Of a DNA stretch of 60,257 bases, positions 49,468 to 58,185 are shown in pieces. The stretch lies in contig JARRRL010000023.1 in NCBI GenBank assembly GCA_037380725.1, positions 1 through 60,257 on the forward strand. The letters are read 5' to 3'. The DNA comes from Gammaproteobacteria bacterium (GTDB lineage: Bacteria; Pseudomonadota; Gammaproteobacteria; Pseudomonadales; JANQJO01). Both the position numbers and the translations under genes were made by a program. The notes beneath the pieces were generated by a model. It was not told where the DNA came from. It searched no databases and saw only the letters and a list, made by a program, of their open reading frames with translations. How positions within the stretch are numbered: the stretch's first letter is position 1; each line of letters starts with the position of its first letter.

Positions 49468-50647
49468 TCAAACGGGTTTTACTGGAACATCTCAGCCAGA
49501 TTGCACATCAATTGCCGCAGGAAATCCTGGATTTTGATCTGTTTTTGTACGACACCCAAGCGCCTCGCCTCATTGGCATGGAGCAAGAATTTATTGCCAG
49601 CGCCCGGCTGGATAACCTACTCAGTTGCTATATTGGCCTATTGAGCCTGCTAAACGCTGACCCGAAACAGCGAAGCCTGTTGGTCTGCAACGACCACGAA
49701 GAAATAGGCAGTCAATCAGCCTGCGGCGCCCAAGGTCCGTTTTTAGCCGACACATTACGACGCCTCTTTACCTCACACGAACAATACTGTCGATGCATCG
49801 CACAGTCTTTTTTCGTGTCGGTGGATAACGCGCACGCGATTCACCCCAATTACCCAAACCAACACGACCCTCAGCACGCTCCGATGATGAGCCACGGGCC
49901 AGCCATAAAAATAAACGCCAACCAGCGTTACGCGACAACCAGCGAGACCAGCGCCATCCTTCAGCACCTCGCGCAAACCTTGCAGGTTCCCACTCAAACG
50001 TTTGTCAGCCGCTCAGATCTGGCTTGCGGCAGCACCATTGGTCCGATCACCAGCACCAAAATTGGTGTAAAAACCGTTGACATTGGCATCCCACAACTCG
50101 GCATGCACTCGCCGCGCGAACTGGCCAGTAAAACTGATGCACACGATTTATATCGATTGCTCAACGGCTTCTTGAATATGTCCACGCCATACTTTAATGG
50201 CGGGATTCGCACCGGCATACTGGATCACACCAAACACAGCCACACGCCTCTGGATAATCACGACGCGCTTGACCATACGGCAGCGCCCTGCCCTCCAGAC
50301 TCCGATCTCAGTTCGCCTTTCAGCCCCACCTTCTCAGAAGGCTCAGAACAGCATCAGAGCAAACGCGATAACAACGACGACTTTAGCGACAACAATTACG
50401 ACTTTAACAACAAAAACAACGCTACTGACGACACTTTCACTGATAACAAGATCACTGACGACAAGGTCACTGATAACAATGCCATCGATGATGACAACAA
50501 CGCCTTCGACACCAAAAACCGCACACCGCGTAAGCGACGAACCCCTCGAGGAACGTCTCGAGGAGCATCCCGAGGAGAACGTAACCGCAACCATGCATCA
50601 CCACGCAGTACTGTGCAACACGCTCAACATGACACCGATCAAACGCC

Positions 50648-50707
50648 ATTGCAGCCAGAAGCATCGCAGTCAGAAGCATTGCAGTCAGAAGCATTGCAGT
50701 CGAAAAC
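50648..50707. repeat. tandem repeat, 4 x 15 bp, in the apeB tail (encodes EASQS/EALQS)
   Basis: attgcagccagaagc / atcgcagtcagaagc / attgcagtcagaagc / attgcagtcgaaaac. Confidence 0.95.
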
Positions 50708-50906
50708 AGTGCACTCAGAAGACAAGCCAGAGGAAAACACCAACCCAGCAAGCACAGAAGCAAGCCGGGAGCACGACGCTTCTCACGTCGACGCTTCTCA
50801 AGTCGACTCCAAAACGGAGGATTCCCAATAGCCGTATTTGCAACTGCAAAGACCCAGCCCTGGGACAGGTCATATCGTGTAGCGCGTAACAGCAGTACCG
50901 GTGACG

Positions 50907-52181
50907 CTAAAACACGTCGCTCACGCCAGACTCATTCTCACGAGCCCGGATGAGTGCGGCCTCGGCGTTACCCATCAAGTCTGCTGGAAACACCACCGGA
51001 TTCGGTAAGATGGAACTTACGCCAATACTCATGTTATAGGGAGCAGGATGACTCTTTTTCTTGCGCGACCACTGCTCAAACAAGCGGTTGCGCAACTTGC
51101 TTGACAAAGCAAGCGCATGCCGACGATCCGTATCAATCAATAAAATCACCACACAATTGTCGTCATACCGAGCAACCAAATCGCCTGGGCGACGCGTCAC
51201 ACCCGCCGCCAAGCGGCACACATCGATCAAGGCCGGCGTATTACCCGGATCAGTGGTCAAATCTGGCGTCGTTTGAACGGTTTTTTGGTTTATGCTCACC
51301 TCAACCAATAAAATAGCCACGGACTGTCGATTCCGCGTAGCGCGGCGCCACTCCTGTCGCAAAGCCCGATCAAAACTTTTGCGATTGGCCACACCCAACA
51401 CCGCATCCAAGGAGACCAAAAACGTCAACTTTTCCGACTGCTGCTCCAACTCCATAGCGGAAAACTTCGCCAATTCAATTTTTTGGTGATCCAAAAATTG
51501 CTGACGCCGCCACCGTTCCCACTGCGAAACTAACAAGCCGCCCGATACAGTCGTCAACACAAACAAAGCGTTCCACAAAAACCAGCGAACTTCTAAACCA
51601 TCTTGCAGATGATTCGCCCAATAGGTGTTAGCCACGATCAACGCCACACCACAAACCAGCATCACCTTCACCAAGGTCATTTGACTCAATATGACAATGA
51701 GTAGGAGCGCAGGCGCCAAACCCGCTGCATAAAAATACGTCAATTCATGATCCGTCACCACACTCAGAGACAAAAACGTCGCGGTGACAACCACACTGAA
51801 CAACCACACCACCAACGACACCATGTGCGCAAACGCGTTGACATAACTCAACACAAACAAGCCCATTGCCACCATCAAATAAGGGAGTCGCAATCGCCAC
51901 ATCACCTCAACAGACACGCCGCCCAATAAGGCATCCAAGCCGATGCTCAGCAGCACGATTGCTGTGATCGCCATGAGCGCAATGCGTATGCCCAACACGG
52001 CCTGCGCGCTATTGTTGCGAACATAGGCGTGCTCCAAGGGGGCAGGGAAACGTAAGTCAAACCACCTTGACCAAAACGTACCGATCCGCCATGCAGCCGT
52101 ATCATTCGCCACACTACTGTGCTGTGTGACGTGATGCCACATACCAGCAATGCCATGTCTGGATGATTCCGATTTCGCCAT
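50907..52181 (-). CDS. membrane-anchored degenerate GGDEF-domain protein
   Basis: About 6 TM, then a GGDEF fold (LDAVLGVANRKSFDRAL...AILLVEV...) whose signature is replaced by RYDDNCVV. Start at MAKSES (52181). Confidence 0.75.
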   Translation of the reverse strand: MAKSESSRHGIAGMWHHVTQHSSVANDTAAWRIGTFWSRWFDLRFPAPLEHAYVRNNSAQAVLGIRIALMAITAIVLLSIGLDALLGGVSVEVMWRLRLPYLMVAMGLFVLSYVNAFAHMVSLVVWLFSVVVTATFLSLSVVTDHELTYFYAAGLAPALLLIVILSQMTLVKVMLVCGVALIVANTYWANHLQDGLEVRWFLWNALFVLTTVSGGLLVSQWERWRRQQFLDHQKIELAKFSAMELEQQSEKLTFLVSLDAVLGVANRKSFDRALRQEWRRATRNRQSVAILLVEVSINQKTVQTTPDLTTDPGNTPALIDVCRLAAGVTRRPGDLVARYDDNCVVILLIDTDRRHALALSSKLRNRLFEQWSRKKKSHPAPYNMSIGVSSILPNPVVFPADLMGNAEAALIRARENESGVSDVF

Positions 52182-52279
52182 ACCCAACACCTCCATACCC
52201 TGTTGAGTATAGATTGAGGTGCTGTGAACAAACCTAAAAGAATCGATTTCAATCCCAATTCACCGATTTGAAAACGAGA

Positions 52280-52963
52280 TCATCGGCTTCTTATCGGCGA
52301 ATTCACAGCAACACGCGCTCGAGATGGCATATCCAGACAATACACAGCGGCAATCGATAACAGACAGTAGCCCAAGAAAAAATAGAATCCTTCGTGCAAC
52401 TGCGCGCTAAGGTGGCCCGAAGCTTGCGCTGACAGAAACGCCACCCAAATTCCCATTACAAACACATCAGCCATCGACCACTTACTGATCAAACGAATGA
52501 TAAACGCCAACACCCCATCGCTGCGCGCCGAGACGTGTAACAAACGCAATAACAAACAAATAGCCTTGAATGTCGGAATAATGATGCTGAACAACAAAAT
52601 CAGACATGCCACCATCGTATAGCCCTTGTCAAAGAGGGCTTTCACCGTCTGCAAAATGCTGTGTGTTTGATTCATCAATTCAACGGAGAAACCAAGGATT
52701 GACGTGGACGCTTCAATGGTCAACATGGGTAACACAATACCGGGCACCAAGAGAGTAAAAGCACTCAAGGTCAACATCACGCCAACTCGACGTCTGCTGA
52801 ATCCAGTCACAACACGACGCCCCCATCCACATACCCAGTTTGTCCGTCTAGTTATCTCACTATTTGTTTCCCGGCTTTTTGCCCGATTCTCTGCGCTTGG
52901 CACCTGAACTGCTGATTGATGAATCACTAACTTATTGGCCAGGCATTCAGAAGCATCCCCCAC
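52280..52963 (-). CDS. PqiA-family (paraquat-inducible protein A-like) membrane protein, single module
   Basis: VPGIVLPMLTIE...LFSIIIPTFKAI...ISKWSMADVFVMGI is the PqiA pattern. Start uncertain. Confidence 0.65.
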   Translation of the reverse strand: MGDASECLANKLVIHQSAVQVPSAENRAKSRETNSEITRRTNWVCGWGRRVVTGFSRRRVGVMLTLSAFTLLVPGIVLPMLTIEASTSILGFSVELMNQTHSILQTVKALFDKGYTMVACLILLFSIIIPTFKAICLLLRLLHVSARSDGVLAFIIRLISKWSMADVFVMGIWVAFLSAQASGHLSAQLHEGFYFFLGYCLLSIAAVYCLDMPSRARVAVNSPIRSR

Positions 52964-53051
52964 GACGCACTCTCCTCTCTTTCGCTCGCTGGCTATGACT
53001 CATTCGCTTGAATTGGCTCCCTTCCTCTCAAGCCAGCGCCACAACACACCG

Positions 53052-53075
53052 CTTTATACCTCACTTTATACCTCA
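53052..53075. repeat. tandem repeat, 2 x 12 bp
   Basis: ctttatacctca / ctttatacctca. Confidence 0.9.
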
Positions 53076-53322
53076 CTGTTCGGTACACTTTTTAACCTCA
53101 TTACAACGGGGTTCGACTGAATCCATGTCGATTTAGCCTTTGAAAGTATTGGACTATACCACTACCATCAGATCAATTGCGGTGACGCACGCAACAGAAC
53201 AGGAACTAAAAGATTAGTGTTACAATCAAAAAGCACTCAGACTTGAACCAAAAGGCTTCAATCACATGCCTGCCGAAATCAAAGAGGGCCTGACTTGAGC
53301 CGCCAGTTGATTGATCGACCTG

Positions 53323-53358
53323 TTACCGTATGGGTTTCCGTATAGGTTACCGTATAAG
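53323..53358. repeat. tandem repeat, 3 x 12 bp
   Basis: ttaccgtatggg / tttccgtatagg / ttaccgtataag. Confidence 0.9.
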
Positions 53359-53502
53359 TCGATGATCCAAACCCTGCGGGCCGCCCATCCGGCACAGCCC
53401 AACAACGACTAAAGTTGAGTTACATGTCCAACATTACCACGGTATTTTCTCGAAGAATCAAACACAGCGCACCCGGCATCAAGCGTGACATCCTTGAACA
53501 AT

Positions 53503-53562
53503 GCTTTGAAAAACAATTCTTTGAAAAACAAGGTCTTGAAAAACAAGGCTTTGAAAAACAAG
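53503..53562. repeat. tandem repeat, 4 x 15 bp, just upstream of the probable prc start
   Basis: gctttgaaaaacaat / tctttgaaaaacaag / gtcttgaaaaacaag / gctttgaaaaacaag. A degenerate fifth unit lies at 53491-53502. Confidence 0.95.
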
Positions 53563-53594
53563 GCCCCCACTCACGCACACCTTTCCAGAGGCGC

Positions 53595-55751
53595 ATGCCG
53601 TCGTCTCTTCGGCGAATAGCCGCCCGACTCTACCTCGGGACATGGTGGGCGCTGGCGGCTACACTGACAACGACTTTAGCGCCAAACGTATCCATCGGTG
53701 CTTTCGAATTGCCAACAAACTTGAAGGAAATTCCCTTCAAAAGCTTGGCACCCATCCCCACACACAAAAAAACCAGCTCATTGATATTCAACGAATTATA
53801 CTATCGACACTACCGTTCTCTAACCGTAGACGATCACCTGTCGGCACGCGTATTCGAACGGTACCTGAGTCACCTGGACCCGCAAAAATATTACTTTCTT
53901 GCTTCTGACATTGCGGAGTTTGAGCCGTACCGATTCGCCTTAGACGACGCGCTCCAATCCAGCGAATTAGCGCCCGGCTTCACCATTTTCAATCGCTATC
54001 AACAGCGGCTCATTGAGCGACTGGTTTACGCCTTAGATTACATAGACAACGAACTGCCCAAGGCCACGTTTTCCGGTGATGGTCTGATTCAGGTGGACCG
54101 CAAATACGCCTCATGGCCCAAAGACGAGAAAGCGTTGAACGCCCTTTGGCGTGATCGATTAACCAACGCCGCGTTAACCTTGAAACTGGCTGACACTCCT
54201 CCGAAAGAAATCATTGAAACATTGCATAAACGTTACCGCAGTCAACTGCAACGTATTTTGCAAACCAAAAGCGAAGACGCGTTTGAACCGTTCATCAACG
54301 CCTTCGCGCAAACCTACGACCCACACACGCAATATTTATCACCTCGAACATCCGAAAATTTTAACATTAACATGAGCCTTTCTTTGGAAGGCATTGGCGC
54401 GGTGCTGCAAAAAGAAGACGAATACACCAAAGTCGTACGTCTCGTATCCGCTGGCCCAGCAGACAAGAGCAATCAGTTAAAACCAGCTGATCGCATTGTG
54501 GGAGTGGGTCAGGGCAATGACGGCGATATCATTGATGTTATCGGTTGGCGTATTGATGAAGTGGTCGATCTCATTCGTGGTCCCAAAGACACGATTGTCA
54601 CGCTCCGCATTATCCCCTCCTCCGCACAAAGCGACTACGACACCAAGCTCATACACATCCGTCGTGACTTAGTTAAACTGGAAGACCAAGCCGCTAAATC
54701 GCACGTTATCCAGGTGAAACGCGCTAAGCACACCCTGAAAATTGGCGTGATTGATGTCCCGGCGTTTTATGTGGATTTTGCCGGCGAACAACGAGGCGAT
54801 GAAAATTATCGCAGCACCACTCGCGACGTAAAAGCTTTAATCGCTCAATTGCAAGCGCAACACATTGACGGTTTAGTCGTCGATCTGCGCAACAACGGCG
54901 GCGGTTCATTGAGCGAGGCCAACCAACTGCTCGGCTTGTTCATTCGCCAAGGACCTACCGTACAAATCAAAAATAACAAAGCCCGCATAAAAGTACTCCG
55001 TGATCAAGACGCCGCCATTTACTACGACGGCCCAATGGCCGTATTGGTCAATCGACTGAGCGCCTCGGCTTCGGAAATTTTTGCCGCCGCCATTCAAGAT
55101 TACCGACGCGGCTTGATCATCGGTTCCCAAACTTTCGGCAAGGGCACTGTGCAAGCGCTGCGCGCGTTGGACCATGGCCAACTCAAGATCACACAAGCCA
55201 AATTTTATCGCATTTCCGGCGACAGCAGTCAGCATCAAGGTGTCCTGCCAGACATCGAGTTCCCCAACTTGCACGACATCAGTGAGATTGGCGAAAGCGC
55301 CTTGGAGAACGCCTTGCCCTGGGACAGCATCCGATCCGTCAAACACGATTATTATTACAACATTCCAAAAATCATCAAGCCTCTGACCCAACAACACAAT
55401 GCACGCATTCAAAAAAATGCCGATTACCAATATTTAATAAAAACCTTGGCGGCCAATCGCAAATGGGAAGATAAAGAATGGCTGTCTTTGAACGAGAAAA
55501 CGCGACAAGCTGAACGCCAGCAACGTCGCCAAGAACAATTGCAATTGCTGAATGAAAAACGCAAAGCCAAGGGCGAAAAACCGTTAAAAGCCTGGCCAGA
55601 TGAAGAAGTGGATTCCCAAGAAGTACTGAGTGAATTTAACGATGACGAGCAAGATGTTACTCAAGACGTGCTGCTCAAGGAAGCCAGCGAAGTCTTAACG
55701 GACCTCATCACTCAATCCTCGCCTACCGCTCTGACGCAAACGGGTGGCTAA
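53595..55751 (+). CDS. prc: C-terminal processing (tail-specific) protease, S41 family
   Basis: MPSSLRRIAARLYLGTWWALAATL signal peptide at ATG 53595, PDZ region, S41 motifs LVVDLRNNGGGSL, SASASEIFAAAIQDY and GSQTFGKGTVQ. ORF-track start 53415 (TTG) would translate the 15-bp repeats. Confidence 0.9.
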   Translation: MPSSLRRIAARLYLGTWWALAATLTTTLAPNVSIGAFELPTNLKEIPFKSLAPIPTHKKTSSLIFNELYYRHYRSLTVDDHLSARVFERYLSHLDPQKYYFLASDIAEFEPYRFALDDALQSSELAPGFTIFNRYQQRLIERLVYALDYIDNELPKATFSGDGLIQVDRKYASWPKDEKALNALWRDRLTNAALTLKLADTPPKEIIETLHKRYRSQLQRILQTKSEDAFEPFINAFAQTYDPHTQYLSPRTSENFNINMSLSLEGIGAVLQKEDEYTKVVRLVSAGPADKSNQLKPADRIVGVGQGNDGDIIDVIGWRIDEVVDLIRGPKDTIVTLRIIPSSAQSDYDTKLIHIRRDLVKLEDQAAKSHVIQVKRAKHTLKIGVIDVPAFYVDFAGEQRGDENYRSTTRDVKALIAQLQAQHIDGLVVDLRNNGGGSLSEANQLLGLFIRQGPTVQIKNNKARIKVLRDQDAAIYYDGPMAVLVNRLSASASEIFAAAIQDYRRGLIIGSQTFGKGTVQALRALDHGQLKITQAKFYRISGDSSQHQGVLPDIEFPNLHDISEIGESALENALPWDSIRSVKHDYYYNIPKIIKPLTQQHNARIQKNADYQYLIKTLAANRKWEDKEWLSLNEKTRQAERQQRRQEQLQLLNEKRKAKGEKPLKAWPDEEVDSQEVLSEFNDDEQDVTQDVLLKEASEVLTDLITQSSPTALTQTGG

Positions 55752-55877
55752 CCTGCGCCACAACAAGCGCTGAAGCAAAAAATGAAACAAAAAATGAATC
55801 GCATGGAAGAGATGATGAACCAGATTCTCAAGCGACTCAGTCCAGAAGGAAGTTCAAATTCGCAATCACCTAACGAT

Positions 55878-56087
55878 TCAGCAGACAACACCAAAAAGTC
55901 TTCCGCTAATAAAGTAGTGATCGCGCCCCATACCAATCCCTGCACCCGCACGGAAACGCGTTCCGCGCTGTCGCACAATAATTGTGCCCGCTTGAACCAA
56001 CTGACCACCAAAACGCTTAACACCCAAACGCTTGGATTCAGAATCGCGACCATTGCGCGTACTACCGCCCGCTTTCTTGTGAGCCAT
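55878..56087 (-). CDS. rpmA: 50S ribosomal protein L27, C-terminally aberrant (69 aa)
   Basis: [57 protein letters not shown] is canonical L27. After GRDH it reads [12 protein letters not shown] instead of the usual TLFA..DG.VKFE...-type 28-aa end. Confidence 0.8.
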   Translation of the reverse strand: MAHKKAGGSTRNGRDSESKRLGVKRFGGQLVQAGTIIVRQRGTRFRAGAGIGMGRDHYFISGRLFGVVC

Positions 56088-56147
56088 TATTCACCTCATT
56101 CTAGCTATCGTTTGCAGCCATCGCTGCAATAACAGTCAAAGCCGATA

Positions 56148-56459
56148 TCAGCCAGCAATACCCGTAATTTTAATTTCGGTGTACCATTGGCGATGCCCCG
56201 CTCGACGCATGTAATGCTTGCGACGCCGAAACTTAATAATATTAATTTTTTCACCACGGCCATGAGACACAATCTCAGCCGTTACTTTCCCCGAATCCAG
56301 ATAGGGTTTACCCACTTTTGCCTGACCGTCACCGCCCACCAGCAGCACGCGATCAAACTCCATGGTTTCACCTGGTTCACCTTTGAGCAACTCCACAGCA
56401 AGGGTTTCACCTTCAGATACCTTATGCTGCTGCCCACCCGTTTCAAAAATTGCGTACAT
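56148..56459 (-). CDS. rplU: 50S ribosomal protein L21
   Basis: [20 protein letters not shown]...[28 protein letters not shown]. Start at 56459; the ORF extends to 56513. Confidence 0.92.
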   Translation of the reverse strand: MYAIFETGGQQHKVSEGETLAVELLKGEPGETMEFDRVLLVGGDGQAKVGKPYLDSGKVTAEIVSHGRGEKINIIKFRRRKHYMRRAGHRQWYTEIKITGIAG

Positions 56460-56507
56460 GGTTCTCACCCTCAAGACGCGTGACGAATGCTTGTGTCTTT
56501 TATAATC

Positions 56508-56537
56508 GATCAATTAACTGACAAATCAAACCATTTC
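56508..56537 (-). promoter_or_regulatory. candidate sigma70 promoter for rplU-rpmA
   Basis: Minus strand TTGATT, 18 nt spacer, TTATAA, about 45 nt upstream of the rplU ATG. Pattern match only. Confidence 0.35.
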
Positions 56538-56607
56538 GCGCCACAAATTTTGCTCAATTGAGCTGTTTCAATCCAACATCATCCCCCAGCGCCACGCCGT
56601 CATGCTC

Positions 56608-56637
56608 ACACGCCATAGCCCTACACGCCATAGCCCT
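56608..56637. repeat. tandem repeat, 2 x 15 bp
   Basis: acacgccatagccct / acacgccatagccct. Confidence 0.95.
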
Positions 56638-56858
56638 ATTAGACCCATCACTCAACAGACCCATTGTTCAAATCTTAAATGATGAAGACAAAGCAGACCC
56701 GTGATCCGGAGGCAACCACAAGACGGCGTATTCTACGGCTTACAACGACTCGCATCAAGGGATTTGTTCCCTTCCTGCTTCCCATCCCGCTTCAAACACC
56801 AAGCTATCTCACCGTTCAACGCGAAAGAATCGTGACGCCTTGTAAGTCATTGAGTAAA

Positions 56859-57825
56859 ATGCGCAGACAAACTTACCAACCTGAAAGCATCTCATTTCAC
56901 GACATTATTGCGCCCGTTCACGCAGACTTTGCGGCTGTGGATGCCATGATTCAGGCTTCACTGCAATCGGACGTACCACTGATCGCCGAGATCAATGCTT
57001 ACTTAATCAACAGTGGGGGAAAACGTCTACGTCCCTTGATCGCCCTACTCTGCGGGCAAGTGATGGGATCGGCGGATGACGCTCGACAACACAAACTGGC
57101 CACCGCCGTTGAATTTTTACACAACGCCACACTGCTTCATGACGACGTTGTTGACAGCTCCAATCTCAGGCGGGGGCGCAAAACTACCCACACGGTGTGG
57201 GGAAACGCCACCAGCATTCTCGTGGGGGATTTTCTGATCTCACGCTCTTTACAGCTGTTAACGCAAATTGACAGCATGCCCATATTGCGTGTTTTCGCCG
57301 AAACCACCAATTTGATCGCCGAAGGTGAAGTCCTGCAGTTGCTACACTGCAAAAACCCAGAGACCAGTTTGGCGCAATACCAAGAAGTGATAAAACGCAA
57401 AACCGCCGCCATGTTTGAGGCCGCGGCACGTGGCGCCGCCATGATCGCCAACGCCTCACCACCCACCGTGGAAACCGTATCGGCCTACGCCCTGCACCTG
57501 GGCAACGCGTTCCAAATGATTGATGACGCCCTCGACTATGGCAGCTCAACCGACGATGCTGGCTTTACAACAGGCTGACCCCAATGACGCCGCTTTTTTG
57601 CGCAAGCTGTTATCGAACACACCAAGCACCGGCGATCAGAGCGACAAGTCTTCACTGCTACAAGGCGTCCACATCGTCCGAAACTGCGGCGGAGTCACGG
57701 GAACCCTGCACCTAGCAGCACAAGAAATCAACCATGCTTTGTCACAGCTCAGCGTCGTACCCCCAAGCCCAAGCACCACTGCACTGGCGCAACTCGCCCA
57801 CTTCACCTTGCAGCGCCAACAGTAA
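56859..57825 (+). pseudogene. ispB: octaprenyl-diphosphate synthase, with internal deletion plus frameshift
   Basis: GGKRLRPL..., first LLHDDVVD and second FQMIDDALDY aspartate-rich motifs lie in frame 0, which stops at 57578. The conserved C-terminus (MLALQQADPND...IVRNCGG...LAQLAHFTLQRQQ*) is in frame 1. The GKNxGDDLxEGKxTLP block expected between them is missing. Confidence 0.8.
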
Positions 57826-58185
57826 AGCGGCGCTGCACACACAGCCCAGGCATTTATTGCAGGTATTTATTTCAGGCAGTTATCACGCCGAGTGATTGCA
57901 CAGGTTCCACGTTTCTCGTTAGAATCACCCCCCCTCCACGGAAGGCGCGGGGATTTTCAAGCCAGCGCACCGATATCGCGCCAAGCCTGTAACGTACAGG
58001 ACGACCCGCGCACTGGTATCCACGCAACGCCTGTCACAAATCCTTACTCAAACGGATTGTTCATCACGCTTGCGCACGACGTGAACACAGTGTCGCAGAT
58101 GGTCTGCGTGATCGTTTCGATTCAGAAACTCGCGTTCACATAATGACTCAATCAGCAACAGACCCAATCACCACTCGACCTTAAA

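Larger units (their letters stand above)
48933..50831 (+). pseudogene. apeB: M18 aspartyl aminopeptidase (ApeB-like), interrupted, with about 205-aa low-complexity C-terminal extension
   Basis: N-part (48933 to about 49368): [15 protein letters not shown]...[16 protein letters not shown]...[24 protein letters not shown]-part (from about 49452, different frame): LLEHLSQ...FDLFLYDTQ...ARLDNLLSC...CNDHEEIGS...DNAHAIHPNY...IKINANQRYAT...GSTIGP...GIPQLGMHSPRE. About 55 conserved codons between the two parts are absent. Confidence 0.7.

Noticed and set aside
50197-50889. 230-aa plus-strand ORF in an alternative frame of the apeB tail, plus minus-strand ORFs at 50343-50763.
   Set aside because: They are low-complexity frames opened by the repeat-rich tail and have no independent support.
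53090-53125. ggggttcgactgaatcc, superficially like a tRNA T-arm.
   Set aside because: It has no matching acceptor, D or anticodon arms around it, and the T-loop consensus (GGTTCGAATCC) is interrupted.
53415-53594. TTG/ATG-initiated 60-aa N-terminal extension of prc that contains the FEKQ repeats.
   Set aside because: A proper signal peptide begins at ATG 53595. The extension would bury it and consists mostly of translated tandem repeat. It is kept as a possibility in the findings.
55782-56132. 116-aa plus-strand ORF (MKQKMNRMEEMM...).
   Set aside because: Its 3' two-thirds are antisense to rpmA. The first 45 aa or so, in the prc-rpmA spacer, could be a small ORF, but there is no supporting signal.
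57850-58185. Possible c-di-GMP riboswitch or other structured leader upstream of pelA, and the 83-aa ORF 57892-58143.
   Set aside because: I could not find the GEMM-type conserved elements (e.g. GGACGCAAAGCC-like core) by eye. The ORF has no RBS or motif. A covariance-model scan (Rfam/Infernal) would be the proper test.
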